NCBI GenBank assembly: GCA_002011125.2 | Contig: MTMF02000009.1 | Coordinates: forward strand, 1-64,000 | DNA length: 64,000 nt | Source: Candidatus Hydrothermarchaeum profundi | GTDB taxonomy: Archaea; Hydrothermarchaeota; Hydrothermarchaeia; Hydrothermarchaeales; Hydrothermarchaeaceae | Direction: 5' to 3' | In this document: piece by piece, positions 1-11,832 of the stretch | Position numbering within the stretch: the first letter of the stretch is position 1 | Layout: each line of letters opens with the position of its first letter | Translations under genes and position numbers: made by a program | Notes under the pieces: model-generated | The model's database searches: none | What the model saw: the letters and a program-made list of their open reading frames with translations, nothing else | What the model was told of the DNA's origin: nothing

Positions 1-754
1 TCTTACCAGTACCAGGCGGCCCATGAAGCAACACGCCCTTAGGAGGCTCAATACCGAGCCTGTCAAATAGCTCAGGATGCTTCATAGGAAGCTCAATCAT
101 CTCCCTAATCTTCGCAACTTCCTCCTTAAGTCCACCAATATCCTCATACGTCACTTCCGGTACTCTTTCAGCTTCTCCAACGGTTACCGCTTCAGGCTTC
201 ATTTCAAGTTCAGTTTTATTAGTTATTCTTACTATGCCTCCCGGATTTGTAGATACTACTACGAATCTAATCTCACCAAGTGAAAAAGGAGTTAATCTGA
301 AAATTCCGCTAAAAAACTCCTCAAAAGGAGTTCCTGCAAATTCCTTTCGTTCGCCAGGCGGCATAGGCATTATAACGTCGCCTTTTTTAACGGGCCTGCC
401 CAACAAATGTTGTTTAAAAATAGAGCCTCCCGTCATAATCCTAATACCTTCCTGGGCTGGTGCAATTACAACACGTTTTGCATCGCTATATTCAGCTTTT
501 CTTACTGTTACCATCTCACCAATACCTGTCTTCGCGTTAGCTCTAATTAGGCCATCCATGCGGATTACTCCTAATCCTACATCACTTGGATAAGCGCTTG
601 TCGCTATTGCCGCAGTTGATTTTTTACCAATTATTTCTACAATATCTCCTGGAGTGACCCCTATCTCGTCCATTGCCGTAGAATCTATTCTTACAATTCC
701 TTTCCCTACATCTCTCTGAACGGCTTCAGCTACTTTTAATTGAACTTCTTTCAT
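1..754 (-). CDS. cdc48: CDC48/VCP-family AAA+ ATPase, N-terminal part (runs off the window start)
   Basis: Not in the ORF track. Manual minus-strand translation from ATG at 754 gives [24 protein letters not shown] ... [49 protein letters not shown] (N-domain and D1 Walker A). SD-like AGGTGG upstream. Confidence 0.95.
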   Translation of the reverse strand, partial: MKEVQLKVAEAVQRDVGKGIVRIDSTAMDEIGVTPGDIVEIIGKKSTAAIATSAYPSDVGLGVIRMDGLIRANAKTGIGEMVTVRKAEYSDAKRVVIAPAQEGIRIMTGGSIFKQHLLGRPVKKGDVIMPMPPGERKEFAGTPFEEFFSGIFRLTPFSLGEIRFVVVSTNPGGIVRITNKTELEMKPEAVTVGEAERVPEVTYEDIGGLKEEVAKIREMIELPMKHPELFDRLGIEPPKGVLLHGPPGTGK

Positions 755-799
755 TACATCCACCTTCCCTAATCACTTCATTGACTTATTATTTAAAGA

Positions 800-1621
800 T
801 TAAAACTCTCTTCCATATTTGCTAATTTTCACATAACCAAAATGAACTATTCTCACCTTTTCTTTCACAGGGGTCTCAATCTCCAATTCTCCGTTCCAGT
901 CTATAAGAATCCCAAGGCCTAATATAGAATTTTTCTCATCTGCCAATCCTAAGAGGAGATTTTTTTCGAATTTACTAAACCGGCAAAACTTTATCTCCTC
1001 AAATCTCAATTTTAGCCTTTTTGACCTCCTAAAATATTCTCGAAATGCTTTTTCTCTCAGTTTCTTTCTTTCTCTTATTCCTTTTCTTCTAGTTTTTTCA
1101 GGAACATTGAGTCTCCTAATATTAAAAAACGAAAAAGGCTCTAGGATCTTCTCAAGTTCTTTTCCTCTTTGGATAGCTATGATAATGTCAGGCTCTAACA
1201 ACTCAATCTTACTAGTTTTCAGAGCAACACCAGCAGAATCAATAAGCCCTGTTGTATTTATAACAACGAACTTATTATTTAGCGCTTTTTCTACCATTAA
1301 CTTAGTACCAGTTAACATCTGAAGCAAATGTCCCTTAGGAGTCGTTGAACCTACAAAATACATGGCCCGGGGTTTTATCCTATTTAAAGAAAAGAAAGGT
1401 TCTAAGGGTTCACCCAGCGAAATTGTAGCGGGAGGTCCTATATGGGACTGCCCGACATCTCCATCTACTATGCCTACGCTATAACCACTTTTAACTAAAA
1501 AATTAGCGAGGTATCCCACTAAAGTACTTTTTCCGACATCATTTCCGCCAAGTATCAATATTTTACGTAGTTCTTTTGTAACTATCTCTTTTGATATTTC
1601 CTCCCACTCTTGACTCATCAA
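800..1621 (-). CDS. Clp1/Grc3-family polynucleotide 5'-hydroxyl kinase
   Basis: P-loop GGNDVGKST, then DGDVGQSHIGPP and INTTG, typical of Clp1/Nol9 kinases. Confidence 0.85.
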   Translation of the reverse strand: MMSQEWEEISKEIVTKELRKILILGGNDVGKSTLVGYLANFLVKSGYSVGIVDGDVGQSHIGPPATISLGEPLEPFFSLNRIKPRAMYFVGSTTPKGHLLQMLTGTKLMVEKALNNKFVVINTTGLIDSAGVALKTSKIELLEPDIIIAIQRGKELEKILEPFSFFNIRRLNVPEKTRRKGIRERKKLREKAFREYFRRSKRLKLRFEEIKFCRFSKFEKNLLLGLADEKNSILGLGILIDWNGELEIETPVKEKVRIVHFGYVKISKYGREF

Positions 1622-1839
1622 CCAACCTTTTTTATCTCTTTAACTTTCCCCATATCATCTAAATGAAATTCTACCATAATTCTATCAGTTAAATACTCCG
1701 ACGGATTGAAGGTAGAATGACAATTTCCGCATTCTATATCTGCTGCCAATACCACGGCATACCAACTCGCTTCAGCATATACTGTATTACATTGCGGACA
1801 ATTAAAAATGCTGGTATCCAAATAAGCAATCGCCCCCAT
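1618..1839 (-). CDS. Small zinc-ribbon protein (73 aa)
   Basis: CPQC...CGNC pair. Start moved to ATG at 1839 because the longer ORF overlaps the divergent gene. Stop overlaps the Clp1 start. Confidence 0.7.
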   Translation of the reverse strand: MGAIAYLDTSIFNCPQCNTVYAEASWYAVVLAADIECGNCHSTFNPSEYLTDRIMVEFHLDDMGKVKEIKKVG

Positions 1840-1893
1840 ATATATTATTTTAGCTAGGAACATATATATATCAATATCAACTATGAGCTCTCT

Positions 1894-3189
1894 ATGGAAG
1901 AGCCTGAAAAGGCTTTTATAAAGCATAAAGAACTGAAAGACGCTTGGTATTCTCTAATACAATCCTATGAAAGACTTTCCCAATTTGACTCTTGCTTAAA
2001 CGATAAGTTTAAGGATGAATTGAAGTCGGCTATTTTGAATATAGAAAATTGCAAGAGGATATTAGAATCGTTTGAAATTACTTTAAACTATTTTTTTCCA
2101 GCATTTCGTGAAAAGATACATTCAAAAATCTTAGAAATTTCTAGCTCTTTAAACGATCTTAATTTAGCATTTAACAACGATTTAAAAAACATACTTCGAC
2201 TAAAAAAACTAGTTAAAAAACTGCAGGATAAAGAGGAATATCTCCTTAAAGCTGAAAGGCAACTCAGAGAAGTAGAGAATCAGACCTCTGAAATATGTAA
2301 TAAATACTTCGAAAGAAGAAAAGAATACAAAATAGCCGAAGATAAAATAAATACCGCAATTTCAAGAAAAATTTCTGAAATTAGAGACGAATTCGAGGAA
2401 AAAGTATCTACTATAGTTTCCGGATATGAAATTTATATTGAAGATAGAGTAGTCGATACTACCAAACTCTTTGAAATACTCGTAGATAAGCCCAGCATCA
2501 TTGAAAAAATTGATCTTAAGCCCTTAGAAAAAAAATTGTTCGGAAGCTTACTGGGCAGGTCTCAAGTAGACGTAGCAAAAACTATTGTACTAAGGCATGA
2601 AGCGGGTAGCATTATAGAGAAAACATATCCTATTAAGGAAGCAGGGCAATATGCAATGAAAAAACTAAAAGAGAAATTCTCTGACCTCAATGAACTTGAA
2701 AGCTCCTGCAAAAGTATTGAGAAAAGACGTGAAAGTCTTTTAAAGGCGCGAGAAGTTCTAAGTTCTGATATTAGTCAACTGAAAAATGAACCCATTTTCT
2801 CTTATACAGACCCCAAAAAAATACTCGAACTTAGAGAACTTTATTTTGAAAAACTTAGCATCGTAAATTCCGCTTATGAAAATTTCTTATCTTTTGTAAA
2901 GGGGCTGTTAATAGAGTTGGAGGAAGAACCCGATCCCGAAAAAAGAGAATTGGTATCCAAAATCAAAGAACTAGAGAAGGAGAAAATAGAACTCCAATCT
3001 AAGCTTGAAGAATTAAAAGAGAAATATGCGTCCTTACAGAGCGATTTTGAGGAAAAGGTTGCTAAGATAGAAGAAACATCCGCCTTGGAACTTGAGGAAT
3101 GCAAAAAGCGCCTAGATAAAATAACTCATTATATTTCTGAAATGGAGAAAGAGCTTAAAAAGCATTTTGATATCCTCTTAGATAGGTAA
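1894..3189 (+). CDS. Hypothetical long coiled-coil protein
   Basis: 431-aa ORF, E/K/L-rich heptad pattern, no catalytic motif. Confidence 0.75.
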   Translation: MEEPEKAFIKHKELKDAWYSLIQSYERLSQFDSCLNDKFKDELKSAILNIENCKRILESFEITLNYFFPAFREKIHSKILEISSSLNDLNLAFNNDLKNILRLKKLVKKLQDKEEYLLKAERQLREVENQTSEICNKYFERRKEYKIAEDKINTAISRKISEIRDEFEEKVSTIVSGYEIYIEDRVVDTTKLFEILVDKPSIIEKIDLKPLEKKLFGSLLGRSQVDVAKTIVLRHEAGSIIEKTYPIKEAGQYAMKKLKEKFSDLNELESSCKSIEKRRESLLKAREVLSSDISQLKNEPIFSYTDPKKILELRELYFEKLSIVNSAYENFLSFVKGLLIELEEEPDPEKRELVSKIKELEKEKIELQSKLEELKEKYASLQSDFEEKVAKIEETSALELEECKKRLDKITHYISEMEKELKKHFDILLDR

Positions 3190-3237
3190 CTCTACATTAA
3201 TTTTAAACTTCAAAGTATATACTGGAAGAATTTAAAA

Positions 3238-4778
<1,541 letters not shown>

Positions 4779-4781
4779 AAT

Positions 4782-5096
4782 TCATCCCTTCAACACGCTT
4801 TCAACAATAGCTTCAGCCGCTTCCTTTATTCTTTTCTCCGCGCTTTCTTTAATTTTTTCAGCTTCAACTCTGGCTTTCTCTATTATCTCGCTAGCCTCTT
4901 CCTCTCCCTCTTTCCTCACCTTTTCTATAAGGTCCTTAACCTTTTTCCTAGCTTCCGCCTCTTTATCTTCAATAATTTTTCGAGATTTTATCCTCGCCTC
5001 ATCTATCATCTTTTCTGCTTCTTCCTCAGCTTTCTTTTTTTCTTCTTCAGCCTTCTCTTCAGCTTCTTTGATAGCTATTAAAGTTTCTATGACCAA
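4782..5096 (-). CDS. atpH: A-type ATP synthase subunit H (G-like peripheral stalk)
   Basis: IETLIAIKEAEEKAEE ... AAEAIVESVL, all-helical and A/E/K-rich. TTG start with GGAGGTGA SD. Adjacent to subunit E. Confidence 0.75.
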   Translation of the reverse strand: MVIETLIAIKEAEEKAEEEKKKAEEEAEKMIDEARIKSRKIIEDKEAEARKKVKDLIEKVRKEGEEEASEIIEKARVEAEKIKESAEKRIKEAAEAIVESVLKG

Positions 5097-5109
5097 CTAG
5101 TTTCACCTC

Positions 5110-5778
5110 CTAGTATATATGACCCCTAAGCACCTTTGTCAACTTATCAATTACCTGGACTTTAGCTAAGGCAGTTATCTTATCGCCGCCTTTAATAATG
5201 GTGCTTCCGCGAGGTATGATGAGTTGTCCATTCCTATAGATAGCAGCTATAGAGCTATTTTCCGGCAACGGAATATCTTTTATGACTTTCCCATTTAACG
5301 GTGAATTCTTAGGTATATCTACTTCTATAATCTCTATGTCCTCCATAATCGCCAAAACCGTAGAAATCCCTGGCCTTACGATTAAATTTCTAATATGCGC
5401 TGCAATAGTGGTGCTAGGGTAAATTATATTCTCTACGCCTATCTCCTTGAAAATGTTTTCGTGTTTAGGATTTACTGAAAGGGTAATCATTCTTCTTATA
5501 TTAAACATCCTAGCCAGCTCACAAACCATTAGATTTACCTCATCATGACTAGTGGCCGCCACAATAACATCTGCCTTATCCGCACCTGCTTCTCTCAACA
5601 CATCGTACTCTGTACCGCTACCGGCAACTACAAGAGCGTCTATAACTTCTGCCAGCTTCTTAGCTTTATCTTCATCCTTCTCAACGATCACTACATTATG
5701 TTTATCAGATATTAGAAGATTTGCAAGCGTCACCCCAATTTTTGAGGCTCCAACAATTATTACATACATTTCTACCAC
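5110..5778 (-). CDS. trkA: TrkA-family RCK protein (RCK_N + RCK_C)
   Basis: IIVGASKIG Rossmann loop, DEVNL, and C-terminal [23 protein letters not shown]. Confidence 0.9.
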   Translation of the reverse strand: MVEMYVIIVGASKIGVTLANLLISDKHNVVIVEKDEDKAKKLAEVIDALVVAGSGTEYDVLREAGADKADVIVAATSHDEVNLMVCELARMFNIRRMITLSVNPKHENIFKEIGVENIIYPSTTIAAHIRNLIVRPGISTVLAIMEDIEIIEVDIPKNSPLNGKVIKDIPLPENSSIAAIYRNGQLIIPRGSTIIKGGDKITALAKVQVIDKLTKVLRGHIY

Positions 5779-5780
5779 AC

Positions 5781-7793
5781 CTACACAAATAAGGGTGCAA
5801 ATACTAGAGATACAATAGACATTAATTTTATTAAAATATTTAAGGATGGTCCGGCAGTATCTTTGAATGGATCCCCTACGGTATCTCCAATGACAGCTGC
5901 CTTATGTGCTGGTGAACCTTTTCCTCCAAAATTTCCTTCCTCTATGTATTTTTTAGCGTTATCCCATGCCCCTCCACAATTCGCCATCATTACTGCTAGT
6001 AGAAATCCCGCGGAAGTTGCACCAGCCAGCATACCTCCTAAAGCGCTTGGACCTAGGAGTATCCCAACCGCTAAAGGCGAAACCAATGCTAACATCCCGG
6101 GGAGTATCATCTCTCTTTGTGCAGCTTTAGTACTTATATCAACACACCGTGAATAATCAGGTCTCGCCTTACCTTCCATAAGTCCGGGTATTTCTCTAAA
6201 TTGTCTCCTAACCTCTCTAACCATCTCAAAAGCTGCTCTCCCTACTGCCTTCATCGTGAGAGAGCTAAAGAAGAATGGGAGCATACTTCCGAAAAATAAT
6301 CCTGCAAGAACCGTAGGGTCAGTTAGACTTATCTGAAGAACTTCTCCAGTTAACTTATTTATCGCTTGAGTATATGCAGCAATTAACGCCAAAGCCGTTA
6401 AAGCAGCTGACCCTATTGCAAAACCCTTGCCAGTAGCGGCAGTAGTGTTGCCTAGCGCATCTAACGCGTCTGTTCTTTTTCGTACGTGATCACCCAAGTG
6501 AGCCATCTCAGCAATACCTCCCGCATTATCAGCTACAGGCCCGTATGCGTCGGTGGATAGAGTTATCCCGAGAGTTGAAAGCATTCCTACTGCTGCTATT
6601 GCGATTCCATATAACCCTGCGAAGGTATATGATAGAATAATAGCAGCTCCAATCGTTATAACAGGGAATGCAGTACTAGCCATACCAACTGATATCCCGC
6701 TGATAATAGTTGTTCCTGCACCTGTCTGAGAAGCTTCAGATATCGATCTTGTAGGAGAATAGGTAGATGACGTGTAGTACTCTGTAACTAAGCCTATTAG
6801 TATACCCGCAGCTAAACCGGTTAATACTGCGTAAAATACTCCAATATTTTCTTCGCCCAAAGTGAAGCGAATAGCAAAATAGGAGAATATAACTACCAAA
6901 ATAGCGCTTGCAAATATGCCTTTACGTAATGCTAACAGGAGGACGCGCTGCTCTACTTCCTCTCCTGTCCTAACAAAAAAAGTACCTATTATAGAGGAGA
7001 TTATACCTGCCGATACTACCAACAAAGGGGTTATTATCCCATTAATGCCGTATCCCACGACTAAAGATAAGGCCATAGTTGCTATAACAGAACCAACATA
7101 CGATTCAAAAAGGTCTGCCCCCATTCCAGCAACGTCACCAACATTATCACCAACATTGTCCGCTATTACAGCAGGATTCCGAGGATCATCTTCGGGTATT
7201 CCCGCCTCAACCTTTCCAACTAAATCAGCTCCAACGTCAGCAGCTTTAGTAAAAATTCCTCCTCCGACCCTAGCAAATAATGCTATTGAACTCGCACCTA
7301 ATCCAAATCCAGCAATAGCCTCTGTAACTAACGCAGGATCATTAAAGACCTCTCCTAAGAAAAAGTATGCTACCACCAACCCAAATAGTCCTAAGCCCAC
7401 TACTGTTAGCCCCATAACTGCTCCACTAGAAAAAGCCACTCTGAGACCAGAATTCAAACTCTGCCTAGCAGCTTCCGCTGTTCTGCTGTTAGCTTTCGTC
7501 GCTATATTCATTCCAATAAAACCTGAAGATGCAGAGAGAAACGCGCCTAAAACAAACACTGCTGCTGAAAAAGGAGAGATGCCAATCGAAATAAGTATAC
7601 CTAACGCCACTACAAAAATCGCTATCACTCGATATTGCCTCTTTAGATAAGCAAAAGCTCCTTCTCTTGTAGCATTTGAGATTTCCTGCATTCTTTCAGA
7701 TCCCGGGCTTTGCCTCAATACATATGCAGTTAAGTACCCGGCAAAGGCCAACGCAACAATCGACACGATAAATGCAAAAAATACCAAAGTCAT
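5781..7793 (-). CDS. hppA: Membrane-bound pyrophosphatase, K+-dependent and probably Na+-translocating
   Basis: [18 protein letters not shown] and DNVGDNVGD motifs. GNTTAA carries the Ala of K+-dependent enzymes; DLFESY carries the Glu typical of Na+-PPases. Confidence 0.95.
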   Translation of the reverse strand: MTLVFFAFIVSIVALAFAGYLTAYVLRQSPGSERMQEISNATREGAFAYLKRQYRVIAIFVVALGILISIGISPFSAAVFVLGAFLSASSGFIGMNIATKANSRTAEAARQSLNSGLRVAFSSGAVMGLTVVGLGLFGLVVAYFFLGEVFNDPALVTEAIAGFGLGASSIALFARVGGGIFTKAADVGADLVGKVEAGIPEDDPRNPAVIADNVGDNVGDVAGMGADLFESYVGSVIATMALSLVVGYGINGIITPLLVVSAGIISSIIGTFFVRTGEEVEQRVLLLALRKGIFASAILVVIFSYFAIRFTLGEENIGVFYAVLTGLAAGILIGLVTEYYTSSTYSPTRSISEASQTGAGTTIISGISVGMASTAFPVITIGAAIILSYTFAGLYGIAIAAVGMLSTLGITLSTDAYGPVADNAGGIAEMAHLGDHVRKRTDALDALGNTTAATGKGFAIGSAALTALALIAAYTQAINKLTGEVLQISLTDPTVLAGLFFGSMLPFFFSSLTMKAVGRAAFEMVREVRRQFREIPGLMEGKARPDYSRCVDISTKAAQREMILPGMLALVSPLAVGILLGPSALGGMLAGATSAGFLLAVMMANCGGAWDNAKKYIEEGNFGGKGSPAHKAAVIGDTVGDPFKDTAGPSLNILIKLMSIVSLVFAPLFV

Positions 7794-7810
7794 GGTTTAC
7801 CTCCTCTTCT

Positions 7811-9226
7811 CTATTTCTTATTTATTTTTTTCTTTAAGAGAAATTCAACTATGCGTGCATAAGCTGGCCTTGAAATAAAGACTCCAGCAGTAGCTCCCAC
7901 AATAGTTGTAAATGCAAATCCTTTTAGAAGGGACATTCCTATAAAAAACAACGCCACCATTGCAACCACAATAGTAGCGTATGATCCCATTATTATAAAG
8001 AAAGCGCTCTTAATTCTATACCTCATTGATTTACCTTTTTCTCCCAAAACCTCGTCAATTATAACTATTTGATTATCCATACCAGTGCCTAGAGCTGCTA
8101 TGATCCCCGCGATAGCCGGTAGGTCTATATTCCACCTAATGAGAGAAGCAAATCCTAGTATCATTATCACTTCACTTGCCCCGGTTGCAAGTATCGGTAG
8201 AACGATCAAAGGCTCTCTATACCTGAGATATATAAATGCGGATACTCCTATGAAAGCTAATATACCCGCTAAAACAGCGTTTTGAGAAAAATCTTCACCC
8301 AGAGCTGGCGATACGCTGAAACTTCCAACAATCTCTACTTTTATAGGTAGGGCTCCAGATCTCAGAATGACCTCTATCCTTCTCGCTTCTTCTCTGCCTT
8401 CTTCTCCTGAACCTGTTTCAAGCACTAAGCTTTTAACAATTTGACCTGCAGCGAGTTCTGCCTTAAGACTTTCTCCGATAGGGGCCTCATTTACTAAGCC
8501 TGTTTTTTGTACTATGAGGTCGGTTATATTAGTAGTTCTATTTATAAACTCGACTATCTTCTCCCTTTTTTTGCCTAAGTCCTCAGGTGAAATGTCCAAC
8601 TCTATCGTGGTTACAGTAACATTCCCTTTGACAACTTTAGTTTCAGCTTCAAGTCCTATCTCCCTCAAGAAATCTTGGAGCCCATTTATCTCAGTAGTGG
8701 TATAGACAGTGATCCTCGTTCCAGCATCCATGTACATATAAACATTTGCAAAATTAGTTACAATCGCAGCTTCCTTAAACTTTAATGCTGCTTCCTCAGA
8801 TATAGTAAATGGTACTCCCCAACTACCGCTACTTGCTTGGAATTCAAACGGGTCAACCCTTTTTATCTGGTCGCCTGTGAAAACAGAGATATTGCCTATC
8901 ATGACCTCCAGCTTGCCTGGTCTTCCAATAAGCTTTTCTGCTTCTTCAGGCCTTACTCCAGCTATCTCGATTCTGACATTTTTGTCCCCCATTGCCCTAA
9001 CCTTAACATCTCGAATACCAAAGCCTCCCCGGAGTCTTTCGTCTATGATCCGTGTCACCTGATCCATTTCCCGCAAATCTAGGGCTCTTTCTGTCTCAAG
9101 TATAATGGTACTCCCTCCTTGGAGGTCTAGACCTGTAGTAACCCCTCTCCACATAATTATGAGCAAAGAAACTGCTACACAGGCAAAAAGGATTCTCACC
9201 TTCCTATCTTTAAATAGTTCTTCTAT
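7811..9226 (-). CDS. secD: Preprotein translocase subunit SecD (start uncertain: ATA 9226, GTG 9256 or GTG 9199)
   Basis: GLDLQGG, LRSGALP, SVSPALG, GTGMDNQIVI and GFAFTTIVG motifs; follows secF. Confidence 0.9.
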   Translation of the reverse strand: MEELFKDRKVRILFACVAVSLLIIMWRGVTTGLDLQGGSTIILETERALDLREMDQVTRIIDERLRGGFGIRDVKVRAMGDKNVRIEIAGVRPEEAEKLIGRPGKLEVMIGNISVFTGDQIKRVDPFEFQASSGSWGVPFTISEEAALKFKEAAIVTNFANVYMYMDAGTRITVYTTTEINGLQDFLREIGLEAETKVVKGNVTVTTIELDISPEDLGKKREKIVEFINRTTNITDLIVQKTGLVNEAPIGESLKAELAAGQIVKSLVLETGSGEEGREEARRIEVILRSGALPIKVEIVGSFSVSPALGEDFSQNAVLAGILAFIGVSAFIYLRYREPLIVLPILATGASEVIMILGFASLIRWNIDLPAIAGIIAALGTGMDNQIVIIDEVLGEKGKSMRYRIKSAFFIIMGSYATIVVAMVALFFIGMSLLKGFAFTTIVGATAGVFISRPAYARIVEFLLKKKINKK

Positions 9227-10095
9227 TTTCTCCTCCCTCCTTTTTCTATATACCACTGCAATATACCCACATTCTGAATCCAGGTATTAATAAGATCTAC
9301 TATAAGCCCAATTATGATCACGAAAGCTATCTCCTTTAGCAATGGAGCAGTTGAAACTAAATAAAGAACTATCATTGCCGACAAAGTAGTTCCCGTCATG
9401 GTAAGACCAGTTTTCATGGCAGATTTTATCCTTTCTTCTAACTTTTTTTCTTTCTTCACTAGCAGTCTAGTGGTCAAGAGAATATCGGTATCAACTGAGT
9501 AACCTATTAAAAGAAGTAACGCTACAAACGAGCCGAGAGATAAATTTATTGAGAGTATTATCATTACAGCTACAGTTGTTACTATGTCAGAGAAAGCTGA
9601 AAGGATAACTGCACCCGAGGGGACAAAGGTTTTAAACCGTAGAAAGACGGCTATTGCCATAAAAATAAACGCACCAATTACAGCATAAATGGAGGTCTTT
9701 ATAAATAATCCTGAGACAGATGGGCTAAGGCTTTGTACGCTTATCTTATCTTCGGCTATTCCTTTAGAGATCAAGAAATCAGTTATATCTTTCTTTTCGT
9801 CTCCTGTTAAAAATTTTGCAATTTCAATGCTTTCCCCTATCACACTGCCTGTGAAATCTCTAAGCGTGGTTATATGCACCTCTAAACCGTAATTATCTTC
9901 TAAAGCTTTTTTTAAATCCACATCTTTTGGTACATCATAAACTGTTATAAGAGTCCCGCCTTTGAAATCAATGCTCATAGGCACGGTATTATTCATGACA
10001 CTATACGAAACTATCACTAGTGAAAGGACTAATATGCCTATTGGGATTATCATAAGCTTTTTTAAGTTAAATTTGGTTATATCTATCATACCCAC
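9223..10095 (-). CDS. secF: Preprotein translocase subunit SecF
   Basis: SIDFKGGT and IGYSVDTDILLT motifs; six TM segments. Confidence 0.92.
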   Translation of the reverse strand: MGMIDITKFNLKKLMIIPIGILVLSLVIVSYSVMNNTVPMSIDFKGGTLITVYDVPKDVDLKKALEDNYGLEVHITTLRDFTGSVIGESIEIAKFLTGDEKKDITDFLISKGIAEDKISVQSLSPSVSGLFIKTSIYAVIGAFIFMAIAVFLRFKTFVPSGAVILSAFSDIVTTVAVMIILSINLSLGSFVALLLLIGYSVDTDILLTTRLLVKKEKKLEERIKSAMKTGLTMTGTTLSAMIVLYLVSTAPLLKEIAFVIIIGLIVDLINTWIQNVGILQWYIEKGGRRK

Positions 10096-10138
10096 TCAAC
10101 TTAACTGAAATTGATATAAAAGTTTTTGGTGGTACGTT

Positions 10139-10402
10139 ATGAAGGTTAGCTTCATAACCATAGGTTTTCTATTAGTATTTCTTGGGATTCTCCTAATATT
10201 CATGGGAATGCTTACAGAAGCTATAAAAGGTAGCGAGTTAAGGAGTAAAGGAGAAGTTAAAAGTAGGGGAGCCGGTATAGTGATGATCGGCCCTTTTCCC
10301 ATAATCTTCGGCACAGATGCTGAATCTGTTAAGATCGTGATAATACTTACCATTATACTGATCCTCCTTGTAGCTTTCTTAATGATGAGGTGGTATCCCT
10401 GA
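10139..10402 (+). CDS. DUF131 / TIGR00304-like small membrane protein
   Basis: GAGIVMIGPFPIIFGTD motif between two TM helices. Confidence 0.8.
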   Translation: MKVSFITIGFLLVFLGILLIFMGMLTEAIKGSELRSKGEVKSRGAGIVMIGPFPIIFGTDAESVKIVIILTIILILLVAFLMMRWYP

Positions 10403-11121
10403 AATTGAAACTCTTAATAGATGAAAAGGATAGGAAATATCTTACCGATAGAGAGGAGTTTCACACCGGATTAGGGGTCGTTAAAATCGTTGAAAATGCT
10501 CAAAAAGTAACATCACACTTAGGACATGACTTCTCTGTTTTAAAACCTCGGCTTATAGACCTTTATGAAAAGCTTCCTCGATCAGGGAGCGTTCTATTGA
10601 AGCGGGATATTGGATTTATTTTAGCTTACACAAGCGTAGGTACGGGCGACATCGTTGTCGATGCAGGTACTGGCTCGGCATGTCTTGCCATGTTTTTAGC
10701 CAACATTGTACAACCCACCGGAAAAGTTTTTACCTATGAAATCAGAGAAAAATTCGCTGAAATAGCAAGAAAGAATATTGAAAACGCTGGACTCCAAGAG
10801 TTTATAGAAATCAAGATGAAGGATATTACCCAAGGCATTGATGAAGAAGAAGTCGATTTGGTAACTCTAGATCTTCCAGAACCTTGGCTGGTAGTTCAAC
10901 ACGCATATAAAGCCTTAAAACATGGCGGTTTTATAATGTCTTATAGTCCCTACATAGAGCAAGCAAAAAAAACTGTAGACTCTCTAAAGGAAGCATCATT
11001 CCGCGGCATAAAGACTTATGAAGTTTTTGAAAGAGAGATGGAGATTAGCAATAAGGGGGTTAGGCCGTCTACTCGAATGTATGGTCACTCAGCTTATCTA
11101 ACTTTTGCAAGGAAATATTAG
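10390..11121 (+). CDS. trmI: tRNA (adenine-N1)-methyltransferase TrmI
   Basis: DAGTGSA SAM motif, YEIRE, LDLPEPW, YSPYIEQ and HSAYL. Confidence 0.92.
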   Translation: MVSLKLKLLIDEKDRKYLTDREEFHTGLGVVKIVENAQKVTSHLGHDFSVLKPRLIDLYEKLPRSGSVLLKRDIGFILAYTSVGTGDIVVDAGTGSACLAMFLANIVQPTGKVFTYEIREKFAEIARKNIENAGLQEFIEIKMKDITQGIDEEEVDLVTLDLPEPWLVVQHAYKALKHGGFIMSYSPYIEQAKKTVDSLKEASFRGIKTYEVFEREMEISNKGVRPSTRMYGHSAYLTFARKY

Positions 11122-11123
11122 TT

Positions 11124-11801
11124 ATGAATTATGAAGAATGGGAACAATTTTATCGTAAAATCATCAAGGACTTCGGATTTTCTGAATTTGAAGATACACT
11201 GGCCGCCAAGATATTAAAGAAAAAAATTAGATCGCCTCTTCCTTTAGATGTTGTAGAAAGATTGATTAGAGGCAAGATTACAAACATCTTTGGAGCTGGC
11301 CCTTCTCTAGAAAAAATTAAATCATTCCCCAGCAGCCCTATTATAGCGGCAGATGGAGCCACATCTTATTTATTGGAAAAGAAAGTAATTCCAGATATTA
11401 TAGTCACCGACCTTGATGGAGAGATCAGTGATCTAATGAAAGCTAATGAGTTAGGCAGTATTCTTTTTATCCATGCTCATGGGGATAATATTACGTCTAT
11501 TAGGAAGCATGCAGAGAAATTTAAGAATTGCATTCCAACGACTCAAGCAACACCGTTAGAAGGAGTATATAATTTCGGCGGATTTACTGATGGTGATAGG
11601 GCCGTGTTTATAGCTGATCATTTTAGAGCCAAAAAAATAGTCTTATATGCCATGGATTTCGGCAAAGAGATTGGGAGATATTCCTTTACTAAATACCCGG
11701 AGATGAAAATCAAAAAGCTAAATTGGGCAAAAAAATTAATAAGTTATCTAGCACAGCAAAGAAGCACAGGGTATATTGAGTTCTACTCAAAAAATATATA
11801 G
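11124..11801 (+). CDS. mptE: 6-hydroxymethyl-7,8-dihydropterin pyrophosphokinase MptE (DUF115)
   Basis: GAGPSL, AADGA, VTDLDG, HAHGDN and NFGGFTDGDRA. Confidence 0.88.
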   Translation: MNYEEWEQFYRKIIKDFGFSEFEDTLAAKILKKKIRSPLPLDVVERLIRGKITNIFGAGPSLEKIKSFPSSPIIAADGATSYLLEKKVIPDIIVTDLDGEISDLMKANELGSILFIHAHGDNITSIRKHAEKFKNCIPTTQATPLEGVYNFGGFTDGDRAVFIADHFRAKKIVLYAMDFGKEIGRYSFTKYPEMKIKKLNWAKKLISYLAQQRSTGYIEFYSKNI

Positions 11802-11832
11802 AGGTAAAATCCAGTGCAATAAAATTACCTAG

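Noticed and set aside
77-593. Plus-strand ORFs 77-283 and 234-593
   Set aside because: Antisense shadows of cdc48, which is encoded on the minus strand.
5552-9892. Long plus-strand ORFs such as 6916-7650 (244 aa)
   Set aside because: Antisense to hppA, secD and secF; their S/P/T/A-rich composition is typical of reverse-complement frames. The same applies to the other nested antisense ORFs in the track.
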